From UHGV virus genome UHGV-0110229: 53,808 bases of DNA; one strand, given 5' to 3'. Positions 44,583 through 53,808 of this stretch are shown one piece after another (position 1 is the stretch's first letter; each line of letters starts with the position of its first letter). The position numbers were made by a program, and so were the translations under genes. Source of the DNA: a virus. The notes below the pieces were generated by a model that saw only the letters and a list, made by a program, of their open reading frames with translations, was not told where the DNA came from and ran no database searches.

Positions 44583-47500
44583 ATGAGTAGCGGCGGCGGC
44601 AAAGCCAAAACACCAACATTATTAAACGATAACCTGTTTCATAAACAGTTTTATCGTGTTTTGGACATTCTCAGCGAAGGCCCAATCTACGGCCCTGTAA
44701 ACCAGAAAGCGCCATTAAACAGCGTAATGCTTAATGACAGCCCAATCACTGACGCCAACGGCGGCACATCGGTCCCTGGCGTTAGCGTGGCGTGGCGTAA
44801 TGGTACGGCTGACCAGTCACCAATCAACGGCTTCAACGCCATTGAATCAACCGTTATTGTTAACGCAAAAGTGACTCACGATACGCCAATAATCAGGACT
44901 GTTTCAGATCCAAACGTTAACCGCGTAAGGCTGAATCTTGGCGTTGATTCTCTGGTTCAGTCAGATGATAAGGGCAATCAATACAATACATCTGTTGTGT
45001 TGATGGTTGATGTTAAGCCATCATCGTCAACAACGTGGTCACTGGTCAAAGATATTACCATTGGCCCTGGTAAACAAAGCGGCGAGTATATGGAAGCGCA
45101 CATCATCCAAGCGCCGGATGAAAAACCGTTTGATATTCGCGTTCGTCGCGTAACGCCAGACAGTAAAAGCGATCTACTTCGCAATGACACCAGGTGGAGC
45201 AGTTACAGCGAGATAATAGACGATAACTTGTCTTATCCCCATACCGCTGTAGCAGGCGCGGTAATTGACCACGATCAGTATACCGACACGCCGACACGCA
45301 CCTATCACATGCGCGGCCTGATTGTTGACGTGCCTGATAACTACGACCCGGAAACACGCACATACTCAGGTTTATGGCTTGGTGGCTTCAAAAAGGCATA
45401 CACCAACAACCCTGCATGGCTTTTCCGGTATCTGGTGAAAAATGAACGCTTCGGGCTTACCCGCCACGCCGGTTACATTGACGTTGATGATGGCGCATTA
45501 TATGTGCTTTCTCAATACTGCGACCAGTTGGTAAACGACGGTTACGGCGGCCTTGAACCACGCATGACGCTTAACGCTTACATCACTGAGCAAATTAGCG
45601 CCCGCGACTTGCTGGACAACATTGCAGGCATGTTCCGTGGTATCGCGTTATGGGACGGGCAGCGCCTTACGGTGATGATTGATGCACCGCAAGATCCAAT
45701 TGCCACCATCACGAATGCAAACGTCGTTGATGGCGCATTTACTCGTTCAAGTATCGCCCGCGCGGAATCTTACAACGCTGTGATTGTGTCATGGACTGAC
45801 CCGGAAAACGGTTGGGAACAATCAAAAGAATACGTAGCAGATGATGAACTGATCGCCCGCGATGGTTACAACGAAACCACTTTGGAGGCTTTTGGTTGCA
45901 CGTCACGCGGGCAGGCGTACCGCGCTGGCAAATGGCTGATAGAAACAGCAAAACGCGAACCCTCAAAATTCACGTTTAAAATGGCCCGTGACGCGATTCA
46001 CTTCACCCCAGGGGATATTATCGAGATACTCGACAATAACCGCGCTGGCGCTCGTTTAGGTGGTCGCATCGTGGCGAATAACGGGAAAGTGATAACCGTA
46101 GACAAGGTTGATTCTGACCTGGTGGCGGCTGGTGACACTATCAGCTTACTGGACAGCGACGGTAAGTTTAAAAAACATCAGATCACTGGGGTTAACGGAA
46201 ACAATATTACCCTTGCGGCAGCGCCCGCATGGATTCGTAACGGAACCGTATTTGCCGTTTCAACTGAATCCGCAAAACCTGTTCTGTGCCGAATTACCAG
46301 CGTAGCGGAAACCGAAAATAACAGCGTGTACACCATTGAGGCTGCACAGCACGATCCTCACAAACAGGCTGTAGTTGATGAAGGCGCAATCTTCGAGGTA
46401 AACAACGACACGCTTAATCACTTCCGCGTGCCGAACATTGAAAATCTGAAGGTGTTAAATGTTGGTTCTGAAACTGTTCAATGTCGCGCAACATGGGAAA
46501 CACAGACGACAACGCATCGCCTGACCTTTGAAATCCGCGTATATAACACCGAAGGCCGCATTGTGGCAACTTATGAAACCACGAATTACCGCTATGATTT
46601 TTATGGCCTCGACGCTGGCAGCTACACGCTTGGTATTCGCGGGCGTAATGACACTGGCATGAAGGGTGCGGAAAGTATTGTAGACCTGGTTATTGGTGCG
46701 CCAGCGGCCCCGATTGGAGTCAATTGGGTTCCAGGTGTCTTCCAGGCAACGGTATATCCGATCAGCAAAACAACCCTTACCACTGATACGGCATATGATT
46801 TCTACTACTCAGGTGAAAATCAGATCACAGATCCATCAAAAGTAACCACGCTGGCGCAATTCACCGGGCGCGGCTACCAATGGACTTTTGGCGGTATGAA
46901 TACGGGACACACTTATTACGTCTATGTGCGCACGCGTAATGCCTTTGGTGTGTCAGACTTCGTTGAGGCATCAGGTAAACCGACTGAAAACTTCGACGAA
47001 ATCAGCGACTACGTGATGAAGGATGTCATGGAGTCAGAACAATTCAAGGACATGATTGGCGACATTAAAGATCTTGGCGACCGTGCCGACCTTATCGAAA
47101 GCGCTACAAATGACCTTAAAAACGCTACTGACAACCTCAAAACTGCAACTGACACCCTGACAAACGTCACTGACGAATTGAGGACTGATACTGACAACCT
47201 GACAAACATCACTGAGGATTTAAGGACTGACACTGACAGCTTAATCACAGAAACAGGAGTCATAAAAGCTGACACGGACACACTGAAAAAAGAAACGGAA
47301 GATCTCTACAAAAAAGTTAAAGAGAACGCCGATGATATTGGTCAGCATGAGTCCAGAATCGACTTATTAGAAGTGTCAAGCGAAAAAGTTGACAGCGAAC
47401 TGGCGCAGGCAAAAGCAAGCCTGCAAAACGCTTCATTGGCGCTTATCAACAACTCGCTTGCACAGACAAACACGCGCGTAACCCTTACCGCCCAGTATAA

Positions 47501-50024
47501 GAAAGGCATGACGGAAACGAAAGCGGAAATTGACCGTATTGACAACGTTATCGCTGAAGAGAAAAAAGCGACAGCGGAATCACTGGAAACCATCACGGCA
47601 GAAATGAACACGATGGATTCCAACCTTAAAGGTCAGATTTCCAGCGTGGAACGTGCAGTGGCTGACGAGGCCAGCGCACGCGCCGAAGCTATTAACGGTG
47701 TGAACGCCTCAATAGACAATCTCGACAAGAAAACTGACGCCAGCGTTAAACGTCTGGACCAGGCAATCGCCGATGAATCGAGCGCGCGCACCCAGGCTGT
47801 CAGCGACGTTAACGCAAGCATTTCAGCACTTGACAAGAAAACTGACGCCAGCGTTAAACGCCTTGATCAAGCTATTGCAGACGAAACAAGCGCACGCGCC
47901 GAAGCTATCAATGGGGTAAATGCCTCAGTATCAGCACTTGATAAGAAAACCGATTCAAGCATAAGCCGCCTTGATAAAGCTATTGCCGACGAAACGAGCG
48001 CGAGAACCGAAGCCATCAATGGTGTGAAGGCATCAATCTCCACACTTGACGGCAAGGTAACAAGTAACGTTAATCGCCTTGATAAAGCTATTACAGACGA
48101 AACTAAGGCACGCACTGACGCTATCAGCAGCGTTAATGCAAGCATCAGCACGCTTGAAAGCAACACTGAATCAGAGGTGAACAGACTCGACCAGGCCATC
48201 GCTGACGAGGCCAGCGCACGCGCACAGGCCATCAGTGGCGTGAAGGCATCGATAGACACCCTTGATAAGAAAACAGACGCCAGCGTTTCCCGTCTTGATA
48301 AAGCGATAGCAGACGAAACTCAGGCAAGAAGCGCCGCAATAACAGATGTTAAGGCTGATTTGACAACGCTCGAAAACAGCACAAACGCCAGCGTCAAACG
48401 CCTTGACCAGGCGATTGCTGACGAATCAAGTGCCCGCGCTGAAGCAATATCAGGCATTAACGCAGAGATCGGCAGCATCGAAAACAACGTTGACAAAAAC
48501 AGCGATGATATAAATCAGACCAAAGCAAGCCTGCAAAACGCTTCATTGGCGCTTATCAACAACTCGCTTGCACAGACAAACACGCGCGTAACCCTTACCG
48601 CCCAGTATAAGAAAGGTCGCAAGGAAACAAACGCGCAGATTGATCGTATTGACAGTGTTATCGCTGAAGAGAAAAAGGCTACAGCCGAAGCAATTGGCGT
48701 GGTAAAAGCATCGATCACCGATCTTGACAAGAAAACAGACGCCAGCGTTTCCCGCCTTGACAGAGCGATTGCAGACGAAACAAGCGCACGCAGCGAGGCT
48801 ATCAGCGGCGTGAACGCATCAATTTCCACCATTGATAGTAATGTGAAAAGCAATATTACCAGGATGGATAAGGCTATCGCCGACGAAACAAAAGCACGCG
48901 CAGACGCAATAAGCGGCCTTAATGCATCGCTTACCAGTACGATCACCTCGAAAGTATCTGAGGTATCAACGGCACTGGCTACGCATGAGGAATCAAGCGC
49001 TGAAAAATTCAGCCAGATCTCAGCGTCATTCGAACTAGTAGACGCAAGTATCACTGAATGGTCGCAGGCGATGGCTACGGCTGACGAGGCGTTATCAACG
49101 AAAATCGATCAGCTAACAGTGACCGTTAACGGGAATAAGACGGCAATAGAAACGACATCTAAAGCATTGACCGACTTCAAGGGCAATGTTGATGCGTCGT
49201 ACTCTATCAAGCTGGCGACCGACAACAACGGAATGAAATACGCAACAGGTATGTCGCTTGGCCTCACTGGTGACGGCACTAACTTTCAGTCGCAGTGTAT
49301 TTTCCTTGTTGACCGTTTCGTGTTAATGACCGCAGCAAACGGCACATATACAACGCCTTTCTATGTCACCAATGGCGCAATGTATGTAAGAGAAGCGTTT
49401 ATTAAGGACGGAACTATCAACTCCGCCAAAATAGCTGATCGAATACAGTCAGTTAATTACAGCTGGGAAAACGGTACAGGATGGGCGATAGATAAAGCCG
49501 GTGACGCAGTATTTAACCAGGTAACCGTAAGGGGTACGGTATACGCTTATGCTGGTGTGTTTAACGGTACTGTTTACGCAACTGGCGGTAAATTTACTGG
49601 AGCAGTTGAAGCTACAAGTTTTGTTGGTGACGTGGCAAGTATGTCAGTGATAAACGAGGATGTATTTCCGTCAATGAGGGGAAATGGCAGCAGGCGCGTT
49701 TCGAAAACTTATCTTGATTCAAGTTCATCAAGTTTATCAAAAACAGTTTACGTTATGATTCCGTATGATTTGTCATACCATACATATAGTGAATCTTCTC
49801 GCATCAATGTAACTATAAATATAAGCGGACACACAAAAACAATTAATATAGAAAGGCCAGCATCAGGCCAAGCAATGTCATCTGTCGCGGTGCACTGTGT
49901 ATCTGGCCTCACATACCCAACAATTACAGTCGAGGTGACGGAAAACTTTACCAATACATCTAATGCAGCAATAAGAAAACCAGGTTTAATACTTATAACA
50001 AGAAGTTCAGGAACATGGATATAA
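44583..50024 (+). CDS. J: Tail tip central fiber / host specificity protein J, extended with coiled-coil repeat region and distinct C-terminal domain
   Basis: 1813 aa; N-terminal part lambda J-like; then about ten 36-aa tandem repeats and a separate C-terminal domain. Confidence 0.85.
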   Translation: MSSGGGKAKTPTLLNDNLFHKQFYRVLDILSEGPIYGPVNQKAPLNSVMLNDSPITDANGGTSVPGVSVAWRNGTADQSPINGFNAIESTVIVNAKVTHDTPIIRTVSDPNVNRVRLNLGVDSLVQSDDKGNQYNTSVVLMVDVKPSSSTTWSLVKDITIGPGKQSGEYMEAHIIQAPDEKPFDIRVRRVTPDSKSDLLRNDTRWSSYSEIIDDNLSYPHTAVAGAVIDHDQYTDTPTRTYHMRGLIVDVPDNYDPETRTYSGLWLGGFKKAYTNNPAWLFRYLVKNERFGLTRHAGYIDVDDGALYVLSQYCDQLVNDGYGGLEPRMTLNAYITEQISARDLLDNIAGMFRGIALWDGQRLTVMIDAPQDPIATITNANVVDGAFTRSSIARAESYNAVIVSWTDPENGWEQSKEYVADDELIARDGYNETTLEAFGCTSRGQAYRAGKWLIETAKREPSKFTFKMARDAIHFTPGDIIEILDNNRAGARLGGRIVANNGKVITVDKVDSDLVAAGDTISLLDSDGKFKKHQITGVNGNNITLAAAPAWIRNGTVFAVSTESAKPVLCRITSVAETENNSVYTIEAAQHDPHKQAVVDEGAIFEVNNDTLNHFRVPNIENLKVLNVGSETVQCRATWETQTTTHRLTFEIRVYNTEGRIVATYETTNYRYDFYGLDAGSYTLGIRGRNDTGMKGAESIVDLVIGAPAAPIGVNWVPGVFQATVYPISKTTLTTDTAYDFYYSGENQITDPSKVTTLAQFTGRGYQWTFGGMNTGHTYYVYVRTRNAFGVSDFVEASGKPTENFDEISDYVMKDVMESEQFKDMIGDIKDLGDRADLIESATNDLKNATDNLKTATDTLTNVTDELRTDTDNLTNITEDLRTDTDSLITETGVIKADTDTLKKETEDLYKKVKENADDIGQHESRIDLLEVSSEKVDSELAQAKASLQNASLALINNSLAQTNTRVTLTAQYKKGMTETKAEIDRIDNVIAEEKKATAESLETITAEMNTMDSNLKGQISSVERAVADEASARAEAINGVNASIDNLDKKTDASVKRLDQAIADESSARTQAVSDVNASISALDKKTDASVKRLDQAIADETSARAEAINGVNASVSALDKKTDSSISRLDKAIADETSARTEAINGVKASISTLDGKVTSNVNRLDKAITDETKARTDAISSVNASISTLESNTESEVNRLDQAIADEASARAQAISGVKASIDTLDKKTDASVSRLDKAIADETQARSAAITDVKADLTTLENSTNASVKRLDQAIADESSARAEAISGINAEIGSIENNVDKNSDDINQTKASLQNASLALINNSLAQTNTRVTLTAQYKKGRKETNAQIDRIDSVIAEEKKATAEAIGVVKASITDLDKKTDASVSRLDRAIADETSARSEAISGVNASISTIDSNVKSNITRMDKAIADETKARADAISGLNASLTSTITSKVSEVSTALATHEESSAEKFSQISASFELVDASITEWSQAMATADEALSTKIDQLTVTVNGNKTAIETTSKALTDFKGNVDASYSIKLATDNNGMKYATGMSLGLTGDGTNFQSQCIFLVDRFVLMTAANGTYTTPFYVTNGAMYVREAFIKDGTINSAKIADRIQSVNYSWENGTGWAIDKAGDAVFNQVTVRGTVYAYAGVFNGTVYATGGKFTGAVEATSFVGDVASMSVINEDVFPSMRGNGSRRVSKTYLDSSSSSLSKTVYVMIPYDLSYHTYSESSRINVTINISGHTKTINIERPASGQAMSSVAVHCVSGLTYPTITVEVTENFTNTSNAAIRKPGLILITRSSGTWI
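47690..48940 (+). repeat. In-frame tandem 108-bp (36-aa) coding repeats within J, plus a 95-bp perfect direct repeat
   Basis: Repeat unit VNASIxxLDKKTDASVxRLDxAIADExSARxEAIxG about 10 times; identical 95-bp segment at 47412-47506 and 48522-48616. Confidence 0.8.
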
Positions 50025-50031
50025 AAAACAA

Positions 50032-50056
50032 CCCCGCTTCGCGCGGGGTTTTCTTT
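50032..50056. terminator. Bidirectional rho-independent terminator after J and the lipoprotein gene
   Basis: CCCCGC-TTCGC-GCGGGG with A-run upstream and TTTTCTTTT downstream. Confidence 0.65.
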
Positions 50057-50304
50057 TAGTAGTTAGCTACACAGTTAGAAGGGCTACCGATGCGGCGCAT
50101 GTTGTGATCGAGTTCGTGACACCATTGACCAGTATATGGCAGTTTTTCAGTGTCATAGACTAGATGCCCGCCACCATCATAAACAACATCTTGCGGAATT
50201 ACTCCACTATTCGGCAGGTTATGCAATGCAGCCTCTTTGTCAACAGAGCAACCAGTAAGAGCAACAGCCGCAGCGAACAAAACCACTTTGAACACGTTTT
50301 TCAT
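50056..50304 (-). CDS. Small lipoprotein moron (candidate Cor/Llp-type superinfection exclusion protein)
   Basis: 82 aa; signal peptide with lipobox LTGC; opposite strand between J and stf. Confidence 0.5.
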   Translation of the reverse strand: MKNVFKVVLFAAAVALTGCSVDKEAALHNLPNSGVIPQDVVYDGGGHLVYDTEKLPYTGQWCHELDHNMRRIGSPSNCVANY

Positions 50305-50481
50305 TTTTGAACCCTCATTCTTGTTTGTTAATCCGGTTCACCCGGTGACTTAAATATCCGGCAAAACCACATTTCGTATATTGACACAGATCAACAAATA
50401 CATTTTGTGTAAGCAGAAAATGCAACACAGATCACAAAATGGTAGAATTATTCCGTTAATTAACAAAATGGAGTCATCGAG

Positions 50482-53400
50482 ATGATTTACACAACTGGAA
50501 CAATTGCCATCAGCGGCAATACTGTTACAGGCACGGGCACAAACTTTTCCGCGCCGCTTTCTCTTATTCGTGTAGGTTGCACGCTCATTGCTGTTGGCAA
50601 CCCTGTACAGATCTTTACCATCACGGAAATCAAAAGTGGTACTGAACTGTCAGTGACGCCAGCGGCTAACCCCGCCATCCCTGCCGGGACAAAATTTAGC
50701 ATCCTGCTATCTGACTCGATCTCAGTTGATGGGCTTGCTCAGGACGTGGCTGAAACCCTGCGTTACTACCAGAGCAAAGAAACAGAAATCGCCTCCGCTG
50801 TAGAGTGGTGGGAAGATTTCGGCGGCGAAGGTCAGTTGGATCAGCTTCTTACCAACATTCGCGCAGAAACAGCACAATCAACCGCCAACGCTCAAAAAAC
50901 AGAAACTGACAAAAACGCAGCAGAAGCGTCAAAAACAGCGGCTGCAAAATCTGCCACAGCAGCGAAAACATCAGAAACTAACGCTAAGGCAAGCGAGACG
51001 GCAGCGAAAACAAGCGAAACCAACGCCAAAACATCAGAGAACAGGGCGCAAGAATATCTGAATCAGATAATAAGGTCTAACAACGCATTGGTACAATGCA
51101 ATTGGCCTGTTACAACTGAAGCCTTTGCCCGTTATGTGAAGATCGCTAAACTAACCGATCCGGGTGCAGTAAGCTGCCATTTAACACTAATGATCGCCAA
51201 TGGCGGTAACTACGGTACAAGTTACGGGAATATTGACTTTGTAGAGATCTCCGCTCGCGGTCTTAGCGATGTGGAAAGCATAACCAGTGAAAATATAACT
51301 AAATTTTTAAGTGTTCGCCGCCTCGGATCGCCTAACCTTGCTAATGACAACCAAATGCGTTACGGCCTGGTTAAAGGTGACGGCTATATCGAGGTCTGGT
51401 GCTACCAGCGAGCTTTTATTAAAGAAACAAAGGTTGCGATACTGGCACAGACTGGCAGAACTGAATTATACATTCCTGAAGGGTATGTCGTTCAGGAAGC
51501 CGAACCCGCTGGATATGTTGAAAGCCCAGCAGCAAGGATTTACGATCAGGTAAACAAACCAAGCAAGGCAGACTTAGGCCTTTCTAATGCTATGCTTATA
51601 GGCGCTTTTGGTCTTGGCGGCAGCGGTCCGTCATCAAACGGCATGATGAGCAATACAGAGCTATTAAAAGCACTGCGTGCAAAAGGTAGTCATTTCTGGC
51701 GTGCTGATAAGCCTGACGGAAGCACAGCGACACATTACGCCCACGGTTCTGGTATATTCTCTCGGTGCGGTGATACATGGTCGGCGATCAACATAGAATA
51801 CGAAAATGCCAGAGTTAAGATTTTCGCTGGCAATGATAACAAACTTGAAACTGCAACTTATGCCGTAAATGAGCTATACGGAACCAAAAATAAGCCGTCG
51901 AAATCTGACGTTGGACTTGGCAACGTAACTAATGATGCGCAGGTGAAAAAATCCGGCGATATTATGTCTGGCGACCTGGCGGTCTATAAAGATACTCCGT
52001 CACTATTCCTTAGGGCAAAAGATGGAGCAGGTGCTGCCGCTGTGCGGTTTTTCACTGATCAAAACCTGGAGCGCGGCATAATCTATGCTATTCAAAACAC
52101 TGATACGCTTGGAGAAGTTCGCATTAGGGCTAAAAACGCAAAAGGTGAAACAAACGGTGATCTTGTTGTTCGCCACAACGGGGTGGTTGAGGTTCAGAAT
52201 CTCACAGCGGCTAAAAAAGTAAAAAGCGTAAACGCAGAGCTTGCAAACACATCAACTAACACGCTTGAGAACACGTTAAAAATCAGCGGTCAACAGCATA
52301 CTCCATTACTTTTAACGCGTACCGGTTATACTGAAAACCTATCCATTGGCTTTAAGGTTGACAACCTTGATCAAAAATATCTCGGAATCAATGGCAGTGG
52401 AGATCTAGCTTTTGGTAAAAATGCTGATCATAAACAAAACAGCAGAGTGATTACGCAAGCAATACTGGATAGCGGGGTGACGGTAGGCGGCAAAACAACA
52501 TTTTCTGACCTTGCCACATTTAACGCAGGTATGGCTGGAGCAATTGAGCCTGAAAGCATTTCTGAAGTGGCTGTTGATCTTAATAATCTGACCATAAAAG
52601 GCACAGATAAAGGTTCAGTTAAATACTATCACTGCAGAACTGCCGGAGGCGGTGCAAATATTACCAATAAGCCTGCTGGCATAGGTGGTAACTTTTTGCT
52701 TCGTGTAGAGTCAATTCGTAAGATCACGGATTCAGATTATACAAACTTGCAAACCCTTGTTGGCACAGACACAAAACAAATATACGTTCGCTATTGTGAA
52801 AATGGCAATTGGTCTGCATGGAGTCAGATTGTTGTTTCAGGAAGAAATCAGGATGTAACCGTCAGGTCGTTAACCTCGACGACTCCATCAAAATTAGGTG
52901 GCGGGCGTATTGATGTGCTTGGGAGTACGTCAGATTATAACAGCATGAATTGTACCGTGCGCGGTGTTGATAGCAGCGGAACTAATTCTGCGTGGTCAGT
53001 AGGCACATCAGTAGACACTGGCAAAATGTTGTTCCTGAAAAACCACAGAAGCAGCGCTCAAGTGCTGTTAAATGGCGATGACGGCGCGGTTCAACTACTA
53101 AGCGGTACTGTCAACGGTGCTACAGCACAGGCGCTAACCATCAACAAAGATGAGGTTAACTCAACTGCTGATTTAGTAATTAGAAAACAAACAGGGACTG
53201 GCAATCGTTTTGTTTTACAGAACGCAGGTAATGCAGAACTACCGTTTTCTGTCAGTGTGTGGGGTTCCAGTACTCGACAAAACGTTTTTGAGGTTGCCAC
53301 GTCTGCTGCGTATCTGTTTTATGCGCAAAAAACGTCAGCAGGCCAGTTGTTTGATGTAAATGGCGCTATTAATTGCACAACGCTGAATCAGTCATCAGAC

Positions 53401-53808
53401 CGCGACCTTAAAGACGATATTCTCGTTATCAGCGACGCGACGAAAGCAATCCGTAAAATGAACGGATACACCTACACGCTCAGGGAAAACGGGATGCCTT
53501 ATGCTGGCGTTATTGCACAGGAAGTAATGGAGGCGCTACCGGAAGCCGTAGGATCGTTTACTCGTTACGGTGAAGAATTGCAGGGTCCGACCATTGATGG
53601 CAACGAGCTACGCGAAGAAACGCGTTACCTCAATGTTGATTATGCGGCGGTGACTGGTTTACTTGTCCAGGTGGCACGCGAAACGGATAACCGCGTCACC
53701 AAACTGGAAGAGGAAAACGCCAGCCTGAAAGCTAACATTGCCGCAATGGATGAGCGTATCGCAAAACTTGAAGCGCTTGTCAGTCAGTTGACCGGAAGCG
53801 AAGAATAA
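50482..53808 (+). CDS. stf: Side tail fiber protein with C-terminal intramolecular chaperone (peptidase S74-like) domain
   Basis: 1108 aa; lambda Stf-like N-terminal region with KTSETNA repeats; C-terminal SDRDLKDDI Ser-Lys motif and coiled-coil end; stop at the last base of the window. Confidence 0.75.
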   Translation: MIYTTGTIAISGNTVTGTGTNFSAPLSLIRVGCTLIAVGNPVQIFTITEIKSGTELSVTPAANPAIPAGTKFSILLSDSISVDGLAQDVAETLRYYQSKETEIASAVEWWEDFGGEGQLDQLLTNIRAETAQSTANAQKTETDKNAAEASKTAAAKSATAAKTSETNAKASETAAKTSETNAKTSENRAQEYLNQIIRSNNALVQCNWPVTTEAFARYVKIAKLTDPGAVSCHLTLMIANGGNYGTSYGNIDFVEISARGLSDVESITSENITKFLSVRRLGSPNLANDNQMRYGLVKGDGYIEVWCYQRAFIKETKVAILAQTGRTELYIPEGYVVQEAEPAGYVESPAARIYDQVNKPSKADLGLSNAMLIGAFGLGGSGPSSNGMMSNTELLKALRAKGSHFWRADKPDGSTATHYAHGSGIFSRCGDTWSAINIEYENARVKIFAGNDNKLETATYAVNELYGTKNKPSKSDVGLGNVTNDAQVKKSGDIMSGDLAVYKDTPSLFLRAKDGAGAAAVRFFTDQNLERGIIYAIQNTDTLGEVRIRAKNAKGETNGDLVVRHNGVVEVQNLTAAKKVKSVNAELANTSTNTLENTLKISGQQHTPLLLTRTGYTENLSIGFKVDNLDQKYLGINGSGDLAFGKNADHKQNSRVITQAILDSGVTVGGKTTFSDLATFNAGMAGAIEPESISEVAVDLNNLTIKGTDKGSVKYYHCRTAGGGANITNKPAGIGGNFLLRVESIRKITDSDYTNLQTLVGTDTKQIYVRYCENGNWSAWSQIVVSGRNQDVTVRSLTSTTPSKLGGGRIDVLGSTSDYNSMNCTVRGVDSSGTNSAWSVGTSVDTGKMLFLKNHRSSAQVLLNGDDGAVQLLSGTVNGATAQALTINKDEVNSTADLVIRKQTGTGNRFVLQNAGNAELPFSVSVWGSSTRQNVFEVATSAAYLFYAQKTSAGQLFDVNGAINCTTLNQSSDRDLKDDILVISDATKAIRKMNGYTYTLRENGMPYAGVIAQEVMEALPEAVGSFTRYGEELQGPTIDGNELREETRYLNVDYAAVTGLLVQVARETDNRVTKLEEENASLKANIAAMDERIAKLEALVSQLTGSEE

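Noticed and set aside
47009-49054. Series of reverse-strand ORFs (67-179 aa) inside J, and the idea that the periodic repeats are a CRISPR or noncoding array
   Set aside because: They mirror the in-frame 108-bp coding repeats of J; there are no spacer-like unique segments and the sense frame is continuous for 1813 aa.
1-53808. tRNA genes, attachment sites, CRISPR arrays, IS elements
   Set aside because: No tRNA-like cloverleaf, flanking direct repeats or transposase ORFs were recognisable by eye; the integrase begins at base 1, so attL and any tRNA target lie outside the window.

Overview
The whole 53.8 kb window is one near-complete lambdoid (lambda/P22-mosaic) siphovirus prophage of an enterobacterial host, running from a tyrosine integrase at base 1 to a side tail fiber that ends at the last base. 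Left to right: int and xis; a leftward early operon (Cro-position HTH protein, replication initiator, Rha/KilA-C antirepressor, HTH-metallophosphoesterase, DnaB-type helicase, NinB); a CI-type repressor; then one long rightward gene set (P22-like N with nut site, Erf, SSB, about 15 small early ORFs, a Dam-type methylase, membrane protein and C5-methylase-like gene, NinG, RusA, a zinc-finger Q candidate, about 4 kb of small cargo ORFs, pinholin/SAR-endolysin/Rz/Rz1 lysis cassette, TerS/TerL, portal, head genes, lambda-like tail genes M, L, K, I, an enlarged repeat-rich J, and Stf). The most interesting content is accessory: three reverse-strand moron cassettes inserted in the tail operon (before the tape measure, between tape measure and gpM, and between gpM and gpL), a lipoprotein moron between J and stf, a tandem array of eight mini membrane proteins next to an HExxH protein between lysis and terminase, a two-methylase cluster, three boxA-plus-hairpin nut-like sites sharing an identical 17-mer, and a short motif family recurring in many intergenic regions. 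All calls rest on reading the six-frame translations and the DNA by eye, with protein family assignments recalled from memory of lambda and P22 proteins; no database search or computation was run, and coordinates of short motifs may be off by a base or two.
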